From positions 4,576,001 through 4,640,000 of the forward strand of contig OY761158.1 of NCBI GenBank assembly GCA_963664405.1: a DNA stretch of 64,000 bases, given 5' to 3'. Shown here piece by piece: positions 25,087 to 34,179 of this stretch; position 1 is the stretch's first letter; each line of letters starts with the position of its first letter. This DNA is from Thermoanaerobaculia bacterium. Its GTDB lineage: Bacteria; Acidobacteriota; Thermoanaerobaculia; Multivoradales; Multivoraceae. The position numbers and the translations under genes are program-made. The notes beneath the pieces are model-generated. The model saw only the letters and a program-made list of their open reading frames with translations. It searched no databases and was not told where the DNA came from.

Positions 25087-27969
25087 TCACGCATGTGAGG
25101 TATTAGAGATACTTAGAACCCACCGAGCGGTTTCTTCGAGAAGAGGATCCGCGGGTCCTCGGGCGACCGATTCGACGAGCGGAGTGAGTCCTCTGATTTC
25201 CTCCTCGTGGACGAAGCTCAGTGCGGCCGCTCCCAGCCAGAGGCCGACGGCGTCGGAGTCTCTGGCTCCCTGGATGAGGTTGCGGACGATGTCCTGCTTC
25301 TCGCCGTGACTGATGTGGAATAACCGCTGAGCCTCGGCCAGACGCTCGTCGGAGGGTATGTCGTCGACCACGGCCAGCGTGTGCCGGCGGATGGACGGAG
25401 GGAGACTGTTATCGAGATACTCGAGAGCATGACCTCTCATCCTGGTGTCGGAGCTCTTGAGCTGTTCGAAAGCGGTGAGCCTTTCGTGTCGACTCTCCAC
25501 CATCGAGAGTAGAGCGAAGAGATTCGCCGAGTGGTCGGAGAGACGATCCATCAGCAGTTCCTGAAGCAGGGTTGGTGGCCGCTGGGAGCGCCAGCGGAGG
25601 CGGATTCCCCGAACGGAAAGCTCCCCGGGTCTCGAGATCGGGATCAGACGGGAGAAGGCACGGAGATAGAGTCTGGTCTCTTCTATGGCGTGCCTCTCGA
25701 CCACATGGCGATCGAAGCGGAGGCTCGGATCCTGGTCATGCAGTGAGGCCAGCGATGCGATGATCTTTCCGTTGAGGAAGGCGTCGTCGGTCGGGAGGCT
25801 GTCGATCAGGGCGTTCTTTGCGGCCTCTCCGCCGATGCGCGCGATGGTCTTGGGGAGGGCGCGCCGGATCCAGTAGAACTCTCTGGGGTCGGTCATGAAG
25901 TGGGCGAGTGCAGGGATCACCGCTTCGCCGCTGGCGACGAGGGCGTTGCGCACCTCGTGCTTCAGGCGCCGCTTCCTGAGCAGAGAGGTCAGAACCGGAA
26001 CGAATAGGTAGTTCACGCCGTCGCGCTCAATCTGTTGCAGCGCGCTGGCGATGGCTGCGCGAAGCACCTCGAGATCGGAGTCCGACAGCAGATGAAGAAG
26101 GCCAGCATGGGAGTCGGCGCCGCCGATAGAGCCCAGAGCTTGCGCCGCCGCCTCCCGGGTCTTGGGGTCGGCATCTCTGAGCATCCCGGCGAGCGCTCCC
26201 TGCGCTCGCTCGCCGATCTCTGGCTCGTTCTCGATCTGGAGGAGGCAGACGATGGCGGCGGCTCGCACCCGCTTGTCGGGGTCGCGCAGGCGGGGAACCA
26301 TCAGCGCAGAGATGTCTGTATCGGTGAGCGTTGCAAGCGTGCGCACCGCATCCACGCGCACGTCCGGATCGTTGTCGGCGACCAGGCGCTCGACCAGTGA
26401 CCGGGCGTCTCGACGTCCCAGATCGCTCAACAGGGCCAGGGTGCGGCGCCGGACCAGGGGGTCGTCGTGAAGAAGGAGCAGCGGCGGGACCAGGCGTCCG
26501 CGTCCCTGCGACGTCAACAGGTCGAGGCTGTGGAGCACTTCCCCCGAGTCCGCGCTTCCCAGTGAGCTGACAAGGACTTCCAGCGTGGTCACGTCAGAGG
26601 GATCGAGGCGCTCGTCGGGATCGATCCTTCTGGCCAACAGGCCCTCGCGAAAGATGGCGACGTAGTTCTTCCGCACGATGATGGTCAAAGCGAGCCAGGC
26701 AGCGACCAGAACCAGCACGGCCCAGCCCGTCTGGACCGGCGACACCCAGCCGAAGGTCACGCTCAACAGGAGCACCCCTGCTCCCGCCTTGGCGAATCGT
26801 TGCACCAGCACGTCGATGTAGGCCTTGATTCTGGGGCGGATGTTCAGGGGGACAGGAACGTAGAGAAGCTCTCTCGTGCCCTGGTCCAAGGAGTAGCGGA
26901 GCGCGCCCTCGCTGACTTTGAGCCCCGCCACCGCGGCGACGAGGAGGGAGGGCAACACAGCCGCGGAAAACAGCACGAGCATGGTGCCCAGGCCCATACA
27001 GACCGGCAGCACGCGGAGCGCGAAGCCCACGCCAAGCACCCGATGGACTCTCGAAGTCACCACCAGCTGCAACACCAGGGCGACCAAAGCGCTCAAACTG
27101 AAGAGGTTCCCGAACAGGCGGGTTCTTTGGTCCAGGAGGTCGGTGGACTGCTGGACGACCCAATTGAACTGCAGGTCGATGAACTGCGCCACGATGATGC
27201 TCACGAACATCAGCCCGGCAACCGCGAGGAGGTGTGGGGATTGGCGGATGGTGGCGAAGTCGCCGCGAGTGGCCTCCACCTTCGGCTCGGGTCGAGGCAT
27301 GGTGGTGGTTGCGTACGCGACCGTCTTGTTACCGTCGTGGATGCGGCGCACGAACGCCAGTGTTCCGAGTAACAGCAGGGTGGAGGCCAGGAGGGTGGCC
27401 CGGGTCTCCAGGAAGACGGAGCTCCAGCGGGCAACCTGACCGCCGATGACGCCGCCGAGGAGTCCCCCGGAGAGTACGAGGCCGAAGAGGCGGCGGGCTT
27501 GTCGTGGGTGGAGTAGTTGGCCGGCCCAGCTCCAGAACTGGCTGAAGAGAAGCAGGGTGACGATCGAGATCCAGATGTAGAAGACGAAGCTGACCCAGGG
27601 CCACGGGTAGGCGTAGAGAGACCAGAAGACCAACAGGGTCGCGACGACGACCAGGGTTGTCCACGAGATCAGCCGCTCGAGCGGGGCTCGTGCCGCTGCG
27701 CGGCTGTACCCTCGAAGAACCGGATAGGCGAAGAGAGCGACTACCACATAGACGATCGGTAGGCGCTCAAAGCCGAGGCTGTCCACGAAGGAGGATTGAC
27801 GGACGCTCTTGGCGGCGAATTGGAAGGCGCCGAGAAGAACGCAGTAGCCGAAGAGGGAGCCTACGAGGCCGGCTTCCTCCTGCCGAACGTCGAAGCCGAT
27901 TCGCGCGAGAGCCCGCCAAGGCCATCCAGTGGCTCTATGGGCCCCAGCCGGTTTTAGACTTCGGTCCAC
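25087..27969 (-). CDS. Npt1/Npt2 (TLC ATP/ADP translocase-like) MFS transporter fused to HEAT repeats
   Basis: About 12 TM N-terminal half with KSVRQSSF, QFWS...RQARRLFG, IDLQF, LRYSLDQGTRELLYVPVP, KAYIDV; C-terminal DPxVR HEAT-like repeats. Confidence 0.88.
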   Translation of the reverse strand: MDRSLKPAGAHRATGWPWRALARIGFDVRQEEAGLVGSLFGYCVLLGAFQFAAKSVRQSSFVDSLGFERLPIVYVVVALFAYPVLRGYSRAAARAPLERLISWTTLVVVATLLVFWSLYAYPWPWVSFVFYIWISIVTLLLFSQFWSWAGQLLHPRQARRLFGLVLSGGLLGGVIGGQVARWSSVFLETRATLLASTLLLLGTLAFVRRIHDGNKTVAYATTTMPRPEPKVEATRGDFATIRQSPHLLAVAGLMFVSIIVAQFIDLQFNWVVQQSTDLLDQRTRLFGNLFSLSALVALVLQLVVTSRVHRVLGVGFALRVLPVCMGLGTMLVLFSAAVLPSLLVAAVAGLKVSEGALRYSLDQGTRELLYVPVPLNIRPRIKAYIDVLVQRFAKAGAGVLLLSVTFGWVSPVQTGWAVLVLVAAWLALTIIVRKNYVAIFREGLLARRIDPDERLDPSDVTTLEVLVSSLGSADSGEVLHSLDLLTSQGRGRLVPPLLLLHDDPLVRRRTLALLSDLGRRDARSLVERLVADNDPDVRVDAVRTLATLTDTDISALMVPRLRDPDKRVRAAAIVCLLQIENEPEIGERAQGALAGMLRDADPKTREAAAQALGSIGGADSHAGLLHLLSDSDLEVLRAAIASALQQIERDGVNYLFVPVLTSLLRKRRLKHEVRNALVASGEAVIPALAHFMTDPREFYWIRRALPKTIARIGGEAAKNALIDSLPTDDAFLNGKIIASLASLHDQDPSLRFDRHVVERHAIEETRLYLRAFSRLIPISRPGELSVRGIRLRWRSQRPPTLLQELLMDRLSDHSANLFALLSMVESRHERLTAFEQLKSSDTRMRGHALEYLDNSLPPSIRRHTLAVVDDIPSDERLAEAQRLFHISHGEKQDIVRNLIQGARDSDAVGLWLGAAALSFVHEEEIRGLTPLVESVARGPADPLLEETARWVLSISNTSHA

Positions 27970-27976
27970 TAGCCGA

Positions 27977-28801
27977 CTAGTCTGCAGGTAGCATCAACAC
28001 CGCCGGATCGATCCGTGCTCCACGCCAACGAAGACCGAAGTGTAGATGAGGGCCCGTCACCCTTCCGGTGCTACCGACCCTGCCGATAGCTTTGCCGCCT
28101 TCGACTTTTTCGCCGGCCTCGACATCGATCCGGCTGAGATGCATATACATACTGATCAGTCCGTCTCCGTGGTCGATGAAGACGCTGTTGCCGCCGAAGA
28201 AGTGCTCCTCCGCAAGCACTACCTCGCCGGCCGCGGCGGCCAGTACCGTAGTGCCTGTCGAGGCCTTGTAGTCTTCGCCGCTGTGAGGGCTGCGCGGCTG
28301 GCCGTTGAAGACCCTTTTGGAGCCGAAGCTGGTGCCGGGTCGCGGATCTTTGATCGGGTGTGCAAGCGGAATCTCGAACTGTCTACCGGTGTCGCGATCC
28401 CACAGGGCATCGATCTGAGCTCTCTCCTCACCGGCGCGAGTGAGATTGGCCTCTGACAAGTTGACCTGGCCGTCGTCGCTCACCCGCAGATGCTGCACGC
28501 GATAGGGATAATCACCCAGCTTTACCGTGGCCGACTCTTGCGCTCCATTGCGACGGCGATGGATGGCAAGCTCGCCGCTGCGGTCGAGGTCGATCGGGAA
28601 GTAACAAGTGTCTCCGTGAGGGAGCCAGGAGCGGTCGTCCGCCGAGCAGCTTTCGGTGTCGGCTGCGACCCAACGAACGACGGTGCCGGCAACAGCGGAG
28701 ATGGGCTCGTCCTCGGCCACGAGGCCGGGTGCGAGAAGCGCGATTCCGAGAGCCGAGAGTACGAGGCTCGCCGCGAGTGGGCATCTGTTGCGGGTTGTCA
28801 T
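27977..28801 (-). CDS. Exported M23-family metallopeptidase
   Basis: Signal peptide; HSGED, IDHGDG, YMHL, GSTGRVTGPHLHF. Confidence 0.93.
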   Translation of the reverse strand: MTTRNRCPLAASLVLSALGIALLAPGLVAEDEPISAVAGTVVRWVAADTESCSADDRSWLPHGDTCYFPIDLDRSGELAIHRRRNGAQESATVKLGDYPYRVQHLRVSDDGQVNLSEANLTRAGEERAQIDALWDRDTGRQFEIPLAHPIKDPRPGTSFGSKRVFNGQPRSPHSGEDYKASTGTTVLAAAAGEVVLAEEHFFGGNSVFIDHGDGLISMYMHLSRIDVEAGEKVEGGKAIGRVGSTGRVTGPHLHFGLRWRGARIDPAVLMLPAD

Positions 28802-28840
28802 GGTGGGGTCGGCTTGCTCTGCCGGATCGTAGCACCGGCC

Positions 28841-29128
28841 CTAAGGATCCAGCATGACAGTCGCTCTTCCCTGCTCGGCGATAAGCGCGCGGAAGTGGAC
28901 GAGGATTCGCTACCGGTCGGTGAGATCGCCGGTCTGCACCAAGGTCGTGTCGTCGCCGGACCAGGTGAGCTTGTCGTCGACCAGACCGGTGGTGCGAAGG
29001 ATCTCCACCAGCTCGCCGTAGGCACCGTGGATGTCACCGATGGCGACGGTACGCCCCGCGGACGCCGTGGCCGGCAGCGACGAGAGAATGAGTGCCGCCG
29101 CTGCGATCCGACCCAACGCCGAGCTCAT
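28841..29128 (-). pseudogene. Internally deleted paralog of the phosphatase-kinase fusion
   Basis: Signal peptide plus [12 protein letters not shown]...TLVQTGDLTDR, then TAG, then in-frame RILVHFRALIAEQGRATVMLDP, which matches the intact copy's C-terminus [20 protein letters not shown]. Confidence 0.85.
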
Positions 29129-29547
29129 CAGGAATCCCGGTCGACTTCGGGCTCTGAGAGAAATTCGCGAAATAGTGCCTTGACGATCTCGATGTTGTGA
29201 GAGAGCAGGTCGAAGAAGTCGTCGGCCTCGACAGCCAGGGTCACGGTAGAGCACTGGGCGGTAGCTCTGGAGGAGTGCAGGCGTCCGCTGAGGATCTCCC
29301 TCGCTCCGAATGTCTGGCGAGAGAGGGCACGCCGTGCCCCATCACTCGTGCCCACGAGCTCCACCTCACCCTCGACGACGCAGTAGAAGGCGTCCGCCGG
29401 CTCGTTGATGCCATAGACCTCCTCCCCTTCTTCGAAGTGTCGCTCACTGGAGATGCCGGCGATGCGCACAACCTCCTCGGCGCTGCAGTGGCTGAAGATG
29501 TCGACATTGCGCAGCATCATCACCTTTTCGATCTGGGCGAGCTTCAC
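29128..29547 (-). CDS. Stand-alone cyclic nucleotide-binding domain protein
   Basis: IEKVMMLRNVDIFS, FYCVVEGEV, TFGAREIL; no HTH. Confidence 0.85.
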   Translation of the reverse strand: MKLAQIEKVMMLRNVDIFSHCSAEEVVRIAGISSERHFEEGEEVYGINEPADAFYCVVEGEVELVGTSDGARRALSRQTFGAREILSGRLHSSRATAQCSTVTLAVEADDFFDLLSHNIEIVKALFREFLSEPEVDRDS

Positions 29548-29578
29548 GAGGCCGCCCAGTCTACCAGCCGGCCGAGTC

Positions 29579-30334
29579 TCAGATTCCTAACAAGCGGCGC
29601 TGGTTGTCTTCTATCGCCTCGAACACTTCTTCCTCCGAGGTCTCCTTGAGACGGGCGATCTCGGACAGGCTTATGCGCACATTCGCCGGCTCGTTACGCT
29701 CGCCCGGAGTCGGACCCAGTACCGGACTGTCGGTCTCGACCAGGAGGCAGGATAGCGGCAGACGCCGCACCAACTTCTGCTTCTGGGGAGAGCGCACCAC
29801 CGACGGCGGCACCGAGAAGTAGAAGCCGGCTTCGACTCCAGGGAGTGCCTTGGCGGCGCGGCCGTCGAAGGCATGAAGGAGAGCTTTCCTCGCTCCGGCT
29901 TCGAGTAAGAGGGCGATGGCGGCGCCGCCGGCAGAGCGTGAGTGAATGTTGAGGGGCAGGTCGGTCTCCGTCGATAGGCGGATGAAGCGAAGGAAGATCT
30001 CGCTTTGTAGCTCCCTTTGGGCAGGCTCTTTGACCTTCCAGTGGTCGAGACCGACCTCACCGATCGCCACCAGACGATCACGCTCGCGTCGAATGAGCTC
30101 TAGCATCTGCTCGGCCTCGCCCAGGTCCAGGATCGTCGGGTAGAGGCCGGCGGTAGGGCGGATGATGTCGGGGTGCGCCTCGGCCAGGTCGAGGTTCTTC
30201 TGTGCATCGTCGAGCGTTTCGCCGACACAGACGACTGCCCCTACCCCGGAGGCGCGGGCGCGCTCGAGAACCGCGGAGCGATCCTCGTCGAAGACCGGGT
30301 CGCAGAGATGGGCATGTACGTCGACGAGGGGCAT
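29579..30334 (-). CDS. TatD-family DNase/hydrolase
   Basis: DVHAH, IGEVGLD, IHSR, LLHAF, VETDSP; start moved to MPLVD. Confidence 0.92.
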   Translation of the reverse strand: MPLVDVHAHLCDPVFDEDRSAVLERARASGVGAVVCVGETLDDAQKNLDLAEAHPDIIRPTAGLYPTILDLGEAEQMLELIRRERDRLVAIGEVGLDHWKVKEPAQRELQSEIFLRFIRLSTETDLPLNIHSRSAGGAAIALLLEAGARKALLHAFDGRAAKALPGVEAGFYFSVPPSVVRSPQKQKLVRRLPLSCLLVETDSPVLGPTPGERNEPANVRISLSEIARLKETSEEEVFEAIEDNQRRLLGI

Positions 30335-30350
30335 CGGCTCGGGTCGATGG

Positions 30351-31259
30351 CTAGGCGTCTCGGGACCGGGCTCTGTCCTCGAGCTCTTCGAGAGTGCGGG
30401 GCCAGTCCTTCTTGAGAAGACGGGAGAGGGCGCGATCGGCCAGAAGGCGCCCACGGTTCTGGCAGCGAGCGCAGTAATTGCACTCGTTCTCGGCATAGAC
30501 GATGCGCTGAACCGGCGAGCCGCAGTCAGGGCAGGGCTCGCGAAAGCGCCCGTGAACGGCCATTCCCGCGCGAAAGGCGGTTACCTTTTTGGGAAAGGTA
30601 ACGCCGGTCTCCTGCTCCAGTCGACTCTTCCACTCTTCCAGAACATCACGGGTGGCGACGTAGAGGCGCTCCAATTCTTCCTCGGAGAGCCGGGAGCTCA
30701 GCTTCATCGGTGAGAGTCTGGCGCGGTGCAGAATCTCGTCGGAATAAGCGTTGCCGATCCCCGACAGGATCCGGGGGTCGGTGAGGGCTCGCTTGAGAGT
30801 GTGGTTCTCTCGCGTCAATGCGGCGCCGAAGTGCGCCGCGTCTGTCGCCAATACCTCGAGCCCTCCACGGTCGAAGGCAGCGAGAGATTCTCTGCCGCGG
30901 ACGACGTGAAGGGATGCCCTCTTCTTGGAGCCCGCCTCTCGTAGGAGGAGGGTGCCCGGGGCAAAGTCGAAAGCGGCGAGCCCGACTTTCATCGGCAGTC
31001 GCGCACCGCTCGCGAGCCAGAGGAATCGCCCAGCGATCATCAGATGGATCACCAGAAAGAGGTCGCCTTCGAGCTCGACGATGATGCGCTTGCCGAGGCG
31101 ACTGACACCGGTGACGGTCAACCCCTCGGCGTCGGAGAGCGGTGGGTCTACTGAGCGCAGGACGAACGGGCTACCGAGCCGCGTCCGCTCCAGGATCTCG
31201 CCGACGATACGAGCTCGGAGCGCTCCGAGGTAGACCTCGATATCCGGCAGCTCGGGCAC
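30351..31259 (-). CDS. Fpg/Nei-family DNA glycosylase
   Basis: MPELPDIE, HLMIAG, SGIGNAYSDEIL, C-terminal CPDC...CARCQ zinc finger. Confidence 0.92.
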   Translation of the reverse strand: MPELPDIEVYLGALRARIVGEILERTRLGSPFVLRSVDPPLSDAEGLTVTGVSRLGKRIIVELEGDLFLVIHLMIAGRFLWLASGARLPMKVGLAAFDFAPGTLLLREAGSKKRASLHVVRGRESLAAFDRGGLEVLATDAAHFGAALTRENHTLKRALTDPRILSGIGNAYSDEILHRARLSPMKLSSRLSEEELERLYVATRDVLEEWKSRLEQETGVTFPKKVTAFRAGMAVHGRFREPCPDCGSPVQRIVYAENECNYCARCQNRGRLLADRALSRLLKKDWPRTLEELEDRARSRDA

Positions 31260-31879
31260 TAGCGCAGAGTCAGGCCCAAGACGCCCTCGAGCTCGTTTAC
31301 GGCCTGCTCCCCATCGACCACTTTGATGGTGGTCACCCCCATAGCCCTGGCCGGTTTCAGATTACCGCCGATGTCGTCGAGAAAAATCGCCTCCGGCGGC
31401 TCGACTCCGAGCTGCGCGAAGGTGAGCTCGTAGATGGCGGGCTCAGGCTTGCGCATACCGACAACGCTCGACTCGATGAAGTGGTCGAAGAGGGGGCGAA
31501 GCTGATGGCGATCGCGTCCGTCATGAGCCCAGTTGTTGGTCAGGGCCGCGGTAATGACGCCGTTTCGGCGGAGCTGGCGGAGGGCTTGAATCATCTCCGG
31601 CCTCGGTGAGCCTCCCTGAGCGATGTGGGCCATGACCTCGGCAGTGGGAAGCAGATGGCCGCGCTCTGTACAAGCCTCGTCGAAGAGGGTGCAGAAGCTG
31701 TCGAGATCGAGGTCTCCTCGCTCCAGTCTCGCCCATGGCCCTTCGCTTCCTGTCTCTCTGACCACACGGTTGAGAAAGCCCTCGGGGATCCCCTTCTCGC
31801 GCTCGAAACCGGCGATGGAGTGGAGGGGAGATCCGAGCACGACCCCTCCAAGATCGAAGATAACGGCTTTGTGCGGCAT
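31259..31879 (-). CDS. HAD-family phosphatase (epoxide hydrolase N-terminal-like)
   Basis: FDLGGV, LTNN, RKPEPAIY, FLDD. Confidence 0.9.
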   Translation of the reverse strand: MPHKAVIFDLGGVVLGSPLHSIAGFEREKGIPEGFLNRVVRETGSEGPWARLERGDLDLDSFCTLFDEACTERGHLLPTAEVMAHIAQGGSPRPEMIQALRQLRRNGVITAALTNNWAHDGRDRHQLRPLFDHFIESSVVGMRKPEPAIYELTFAQLGVEPPEAIFLDDIGGNLKPARAMGVTTIKVVDGEQAVNELEGVLGLTLR

Positions 31880-32060
31880 AGACGTCTGCTCCCAGAGCGC
31901 GGATTGTATCCCGGGCTACGCAAATGATCGCTATCATGATCGCTGTCATGAAGGTCAGACAATTGGCCGCTTCGCGAGGTGTGAAAGCGGCACGCAGCCT
32001 CATGTGGGAGCATCGTCGGGGACTCAGGCTGGTTCAATAACAGCAGGGACGGAGGGATAG

Positions 32061-34163
32061 ATGAAGAGTCGGTGGTCCGAGCGCGACGCGCAAGAATTCC
32101 GCGACCGCTACCGGGAGTGGGGAGAAGACGTCGCACTCCGGGTCTACAGCTCACGCCTTATTGGCGGCGATCCCGCCCTGGTGATGCATGGCGGCGGCAA
32201 CACTTCGGTGAAGAGCACGTGGCGAAACCTCTTCGGCGAGCCGGTCGAGGCCATCTTCGTAAAGGGAAGCGGATGGGATCTCGACTCGATCGAGCCGGCG
32301 GGCCTACCGGGTCTCGAGCTCGCCTATCTGCGGCGCCTCCAGGCGGTGGAGCACCTGTCCGATGAGGAGATGGTGAATCAGCTTCGCACGCACCTCTTCG
32401 ACGCGGCGGCGCCGAACCCTTCGGTCGAGACCCTTCTCCACGCTTTTCTGCCCCACAAGTTCGTCGACCACTCTCACGCCGATGTCATCCTCGCCCTGAC
32501 CAACCAGGCTGAAGGCGCAGATCTGATCGCCGAAGCGCTGGGCCCCAAGGTGGCGCTGGTGCCCTACGTGATGCCGGGTTTTGCCCTGTCTGGAGCGGCC
32601 GCGCGAGTCGCCGAGGCTCATCCGGGCTGTGAAGGAATGGTGCTGATGCATCACGGTCTCTTCACTTGGGGAGAAACGGCCAGGGAGAGCTACGAGCGTC
32701 ACCTCGATCAGGTGACCCGCGCCGAGGACTTCCTCCACGCTCGCACCGGGCGGCGACTGTCGGTAGGCCGGCCGGCAAGCGCTGTGGAGGATCGAGCCGA
32801 GGTCGCGGCGGAAGTCGCTCCGCTGGTTCGTGGGGCTCTGACCCGGGCCGACGATCGTGACCGGCGTTGGATTCTCGATTTCCGAGTGACCGGCGGCATC
32901 GAAGAGTTGGTCGATGGGGAAGACACCTCGACCGTGCTCGCCACCGGTCCGCTCACCCCCGACCATGTCATTCGCACCAAAGAGCTACCCCTGGTCCTCC
33001 CTCCATACGACGGCACCGCTGCCGAGGCGTGGGCGGCGGAGCTCGAGGAGCGTCTTCGCCTCTACATGTCTGCCTACGACCGCTATTTCCGGGAAGCGTC
33101 GGAAGCGAGAGAGAGAACCGACCTCGAGCGTCTCGACCCGTTGCCTCGGATCGTGGTGATCGAGCGGCTGGGAGTGTTGGCAGTTGGCGAATCGAAGCGA
33201 GCGGCGGCGGTGGCCGGCGATATCTATGAGCATACAGCCGAAGTGAAGGCGGTCGCACGATCTCTGGCGCCTTATCGAGCTCTCGACCCGCTGGATCTCT
33301 TCGATGTCGAATACTGGAGTCTGGAGCAGGCGAAGCTCGGAAAGAAGGCGGCACCGGCGCTGCAGGGCCGAGTGGCCCTGGTTACCGGCGCCGGTGGAGT
33401 GATCGGTGCGGCAATCAGCGTTGCGCTGGCTCGTGAGGGTGCCGCGGTCGTCGCCACCGATATCGACAGCGACGCTCTTGTTGCAACCGTGGATCGCGCT
33501 CGAGCGGAAAACACTGCCGGCGAGGTGACGAGCCTAGTGTGTGACGTCTGTGACGAAGTTTCGGTCGCGGCTGCCTTCCGGCAGACCCGCCTCAGTCTTG
33601 GTGGCGTTGACATCGTTGTGCTCAACGCCGGTATCGCAAAGAGCGCTCCGATCGATGAGCTGAGTCTGGACGACTGGAATCGGGTTCTCGAGATCAATCT
33701 GACCGGTTATTTCATCACTCTTCGCGAGGCGGCGCGCCTGTTCAAAGTCCAAGGGACAGGTGGAAACGTAGTGGTGAACGCATCGAAGAACGTTTTTGCA
33801 CCGGGCGCCGATTTTGCGGCGTATTCTGTCTCCAAGGGGGGAGGTCACCAACTCGGCCGCTTGGCCGCGATTGAGCTGGCGCCCCATGGTGTTCGGGTAA
33901 ACATGATCAATCCCGATGCAGTGTTCAGCTATGGCGATCTCACTTCGGGGCTGTGGGAAGAGGTCGGTCGGGAGCGCGCCCGCTCTCGAGGCTTGGATCT
34001 CGAGCAGCTGGAGGACTACTACCGAGATCGCAACTTGCTCAAGACGCGCATAACCGCCGAGGATGTCGCCAGGGCCGTGCTCTTCTTCGCCAGGGAGGAA
34101 ACGCCAACTACCGGCGCTACTCTACCGGTGGACGGAGGATTGCCAGGCGCCTTCCCGAGATAG
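32061..34163 (+). CDS. Bifunctional class II aldolase / short-chain dehydrogenase (rhamnulose-1-phosphate aldolase-like)
   Basis: HGGGNTSVK, PSVETLLH, HSHAD, TPDHVIRTK, EYWSLEQAKL; SDR TGAGGVIG and YSVSK. Confidence 0.92.
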   Translation: MKSRWSERDAQEFRDRYREWGEDVALRVYSSRLIGGDPALVMHGGGNTSVKSTWRNLFGEPVEAIFVKGSGWDLDSIEPAGLPGLELAYLRRLQAVEHLSDEEMVNQLRTHLFDAAAPNPSVETLLHAFLPHKFVDHSHADVILALTNQAEGADLIAEALGPKVALVPYVMPGFALSGAAARVAEAHPGCEGMVLMHHGLFTWGETARESYERHLDQVTRAEDFLHARTGRRLSVGRPASAVEDRAEVAAEVAPLVRGALTRADDRDRRWILDFRVTGGIEELVDGEDTSTVLATGPLTPDHVIRTKELPLVLPPYDGTAAEAWAAELEERLRLYMSAYDRYFREASEARERTDLERLDPLPRIVVIERLGVLAVGESKRAAAVAGDIYEHTAEVKAVARSLAPYRALDPLDLFDVEYWSLEQAKLGKKAAPALQGRVALVTGAGGVIGAAISVALAREGAAVVATDIDSDALVATVDRARAENTAGEVTSLVCDVCDEVSVAAAFRQTRLSLGGVDIVVLNAGIAKSAPIDELSLDDWNRVLEINLTGYFITLREAARLFKVQGTGGNVVVNASKNVFAPGADFAAYSVSKGGGHQLGRLAAIELAPHGVRVNMINPDAVFSYGDLTSGLWEEVGRERARSRGLDLEQLEDYYRDRNLLKTRITAEDVARAVLFFAREETPTTGATLPVDGGLPGAFPR

Positions 34164-34179
34164 CGATCCCCGTCCCCGC

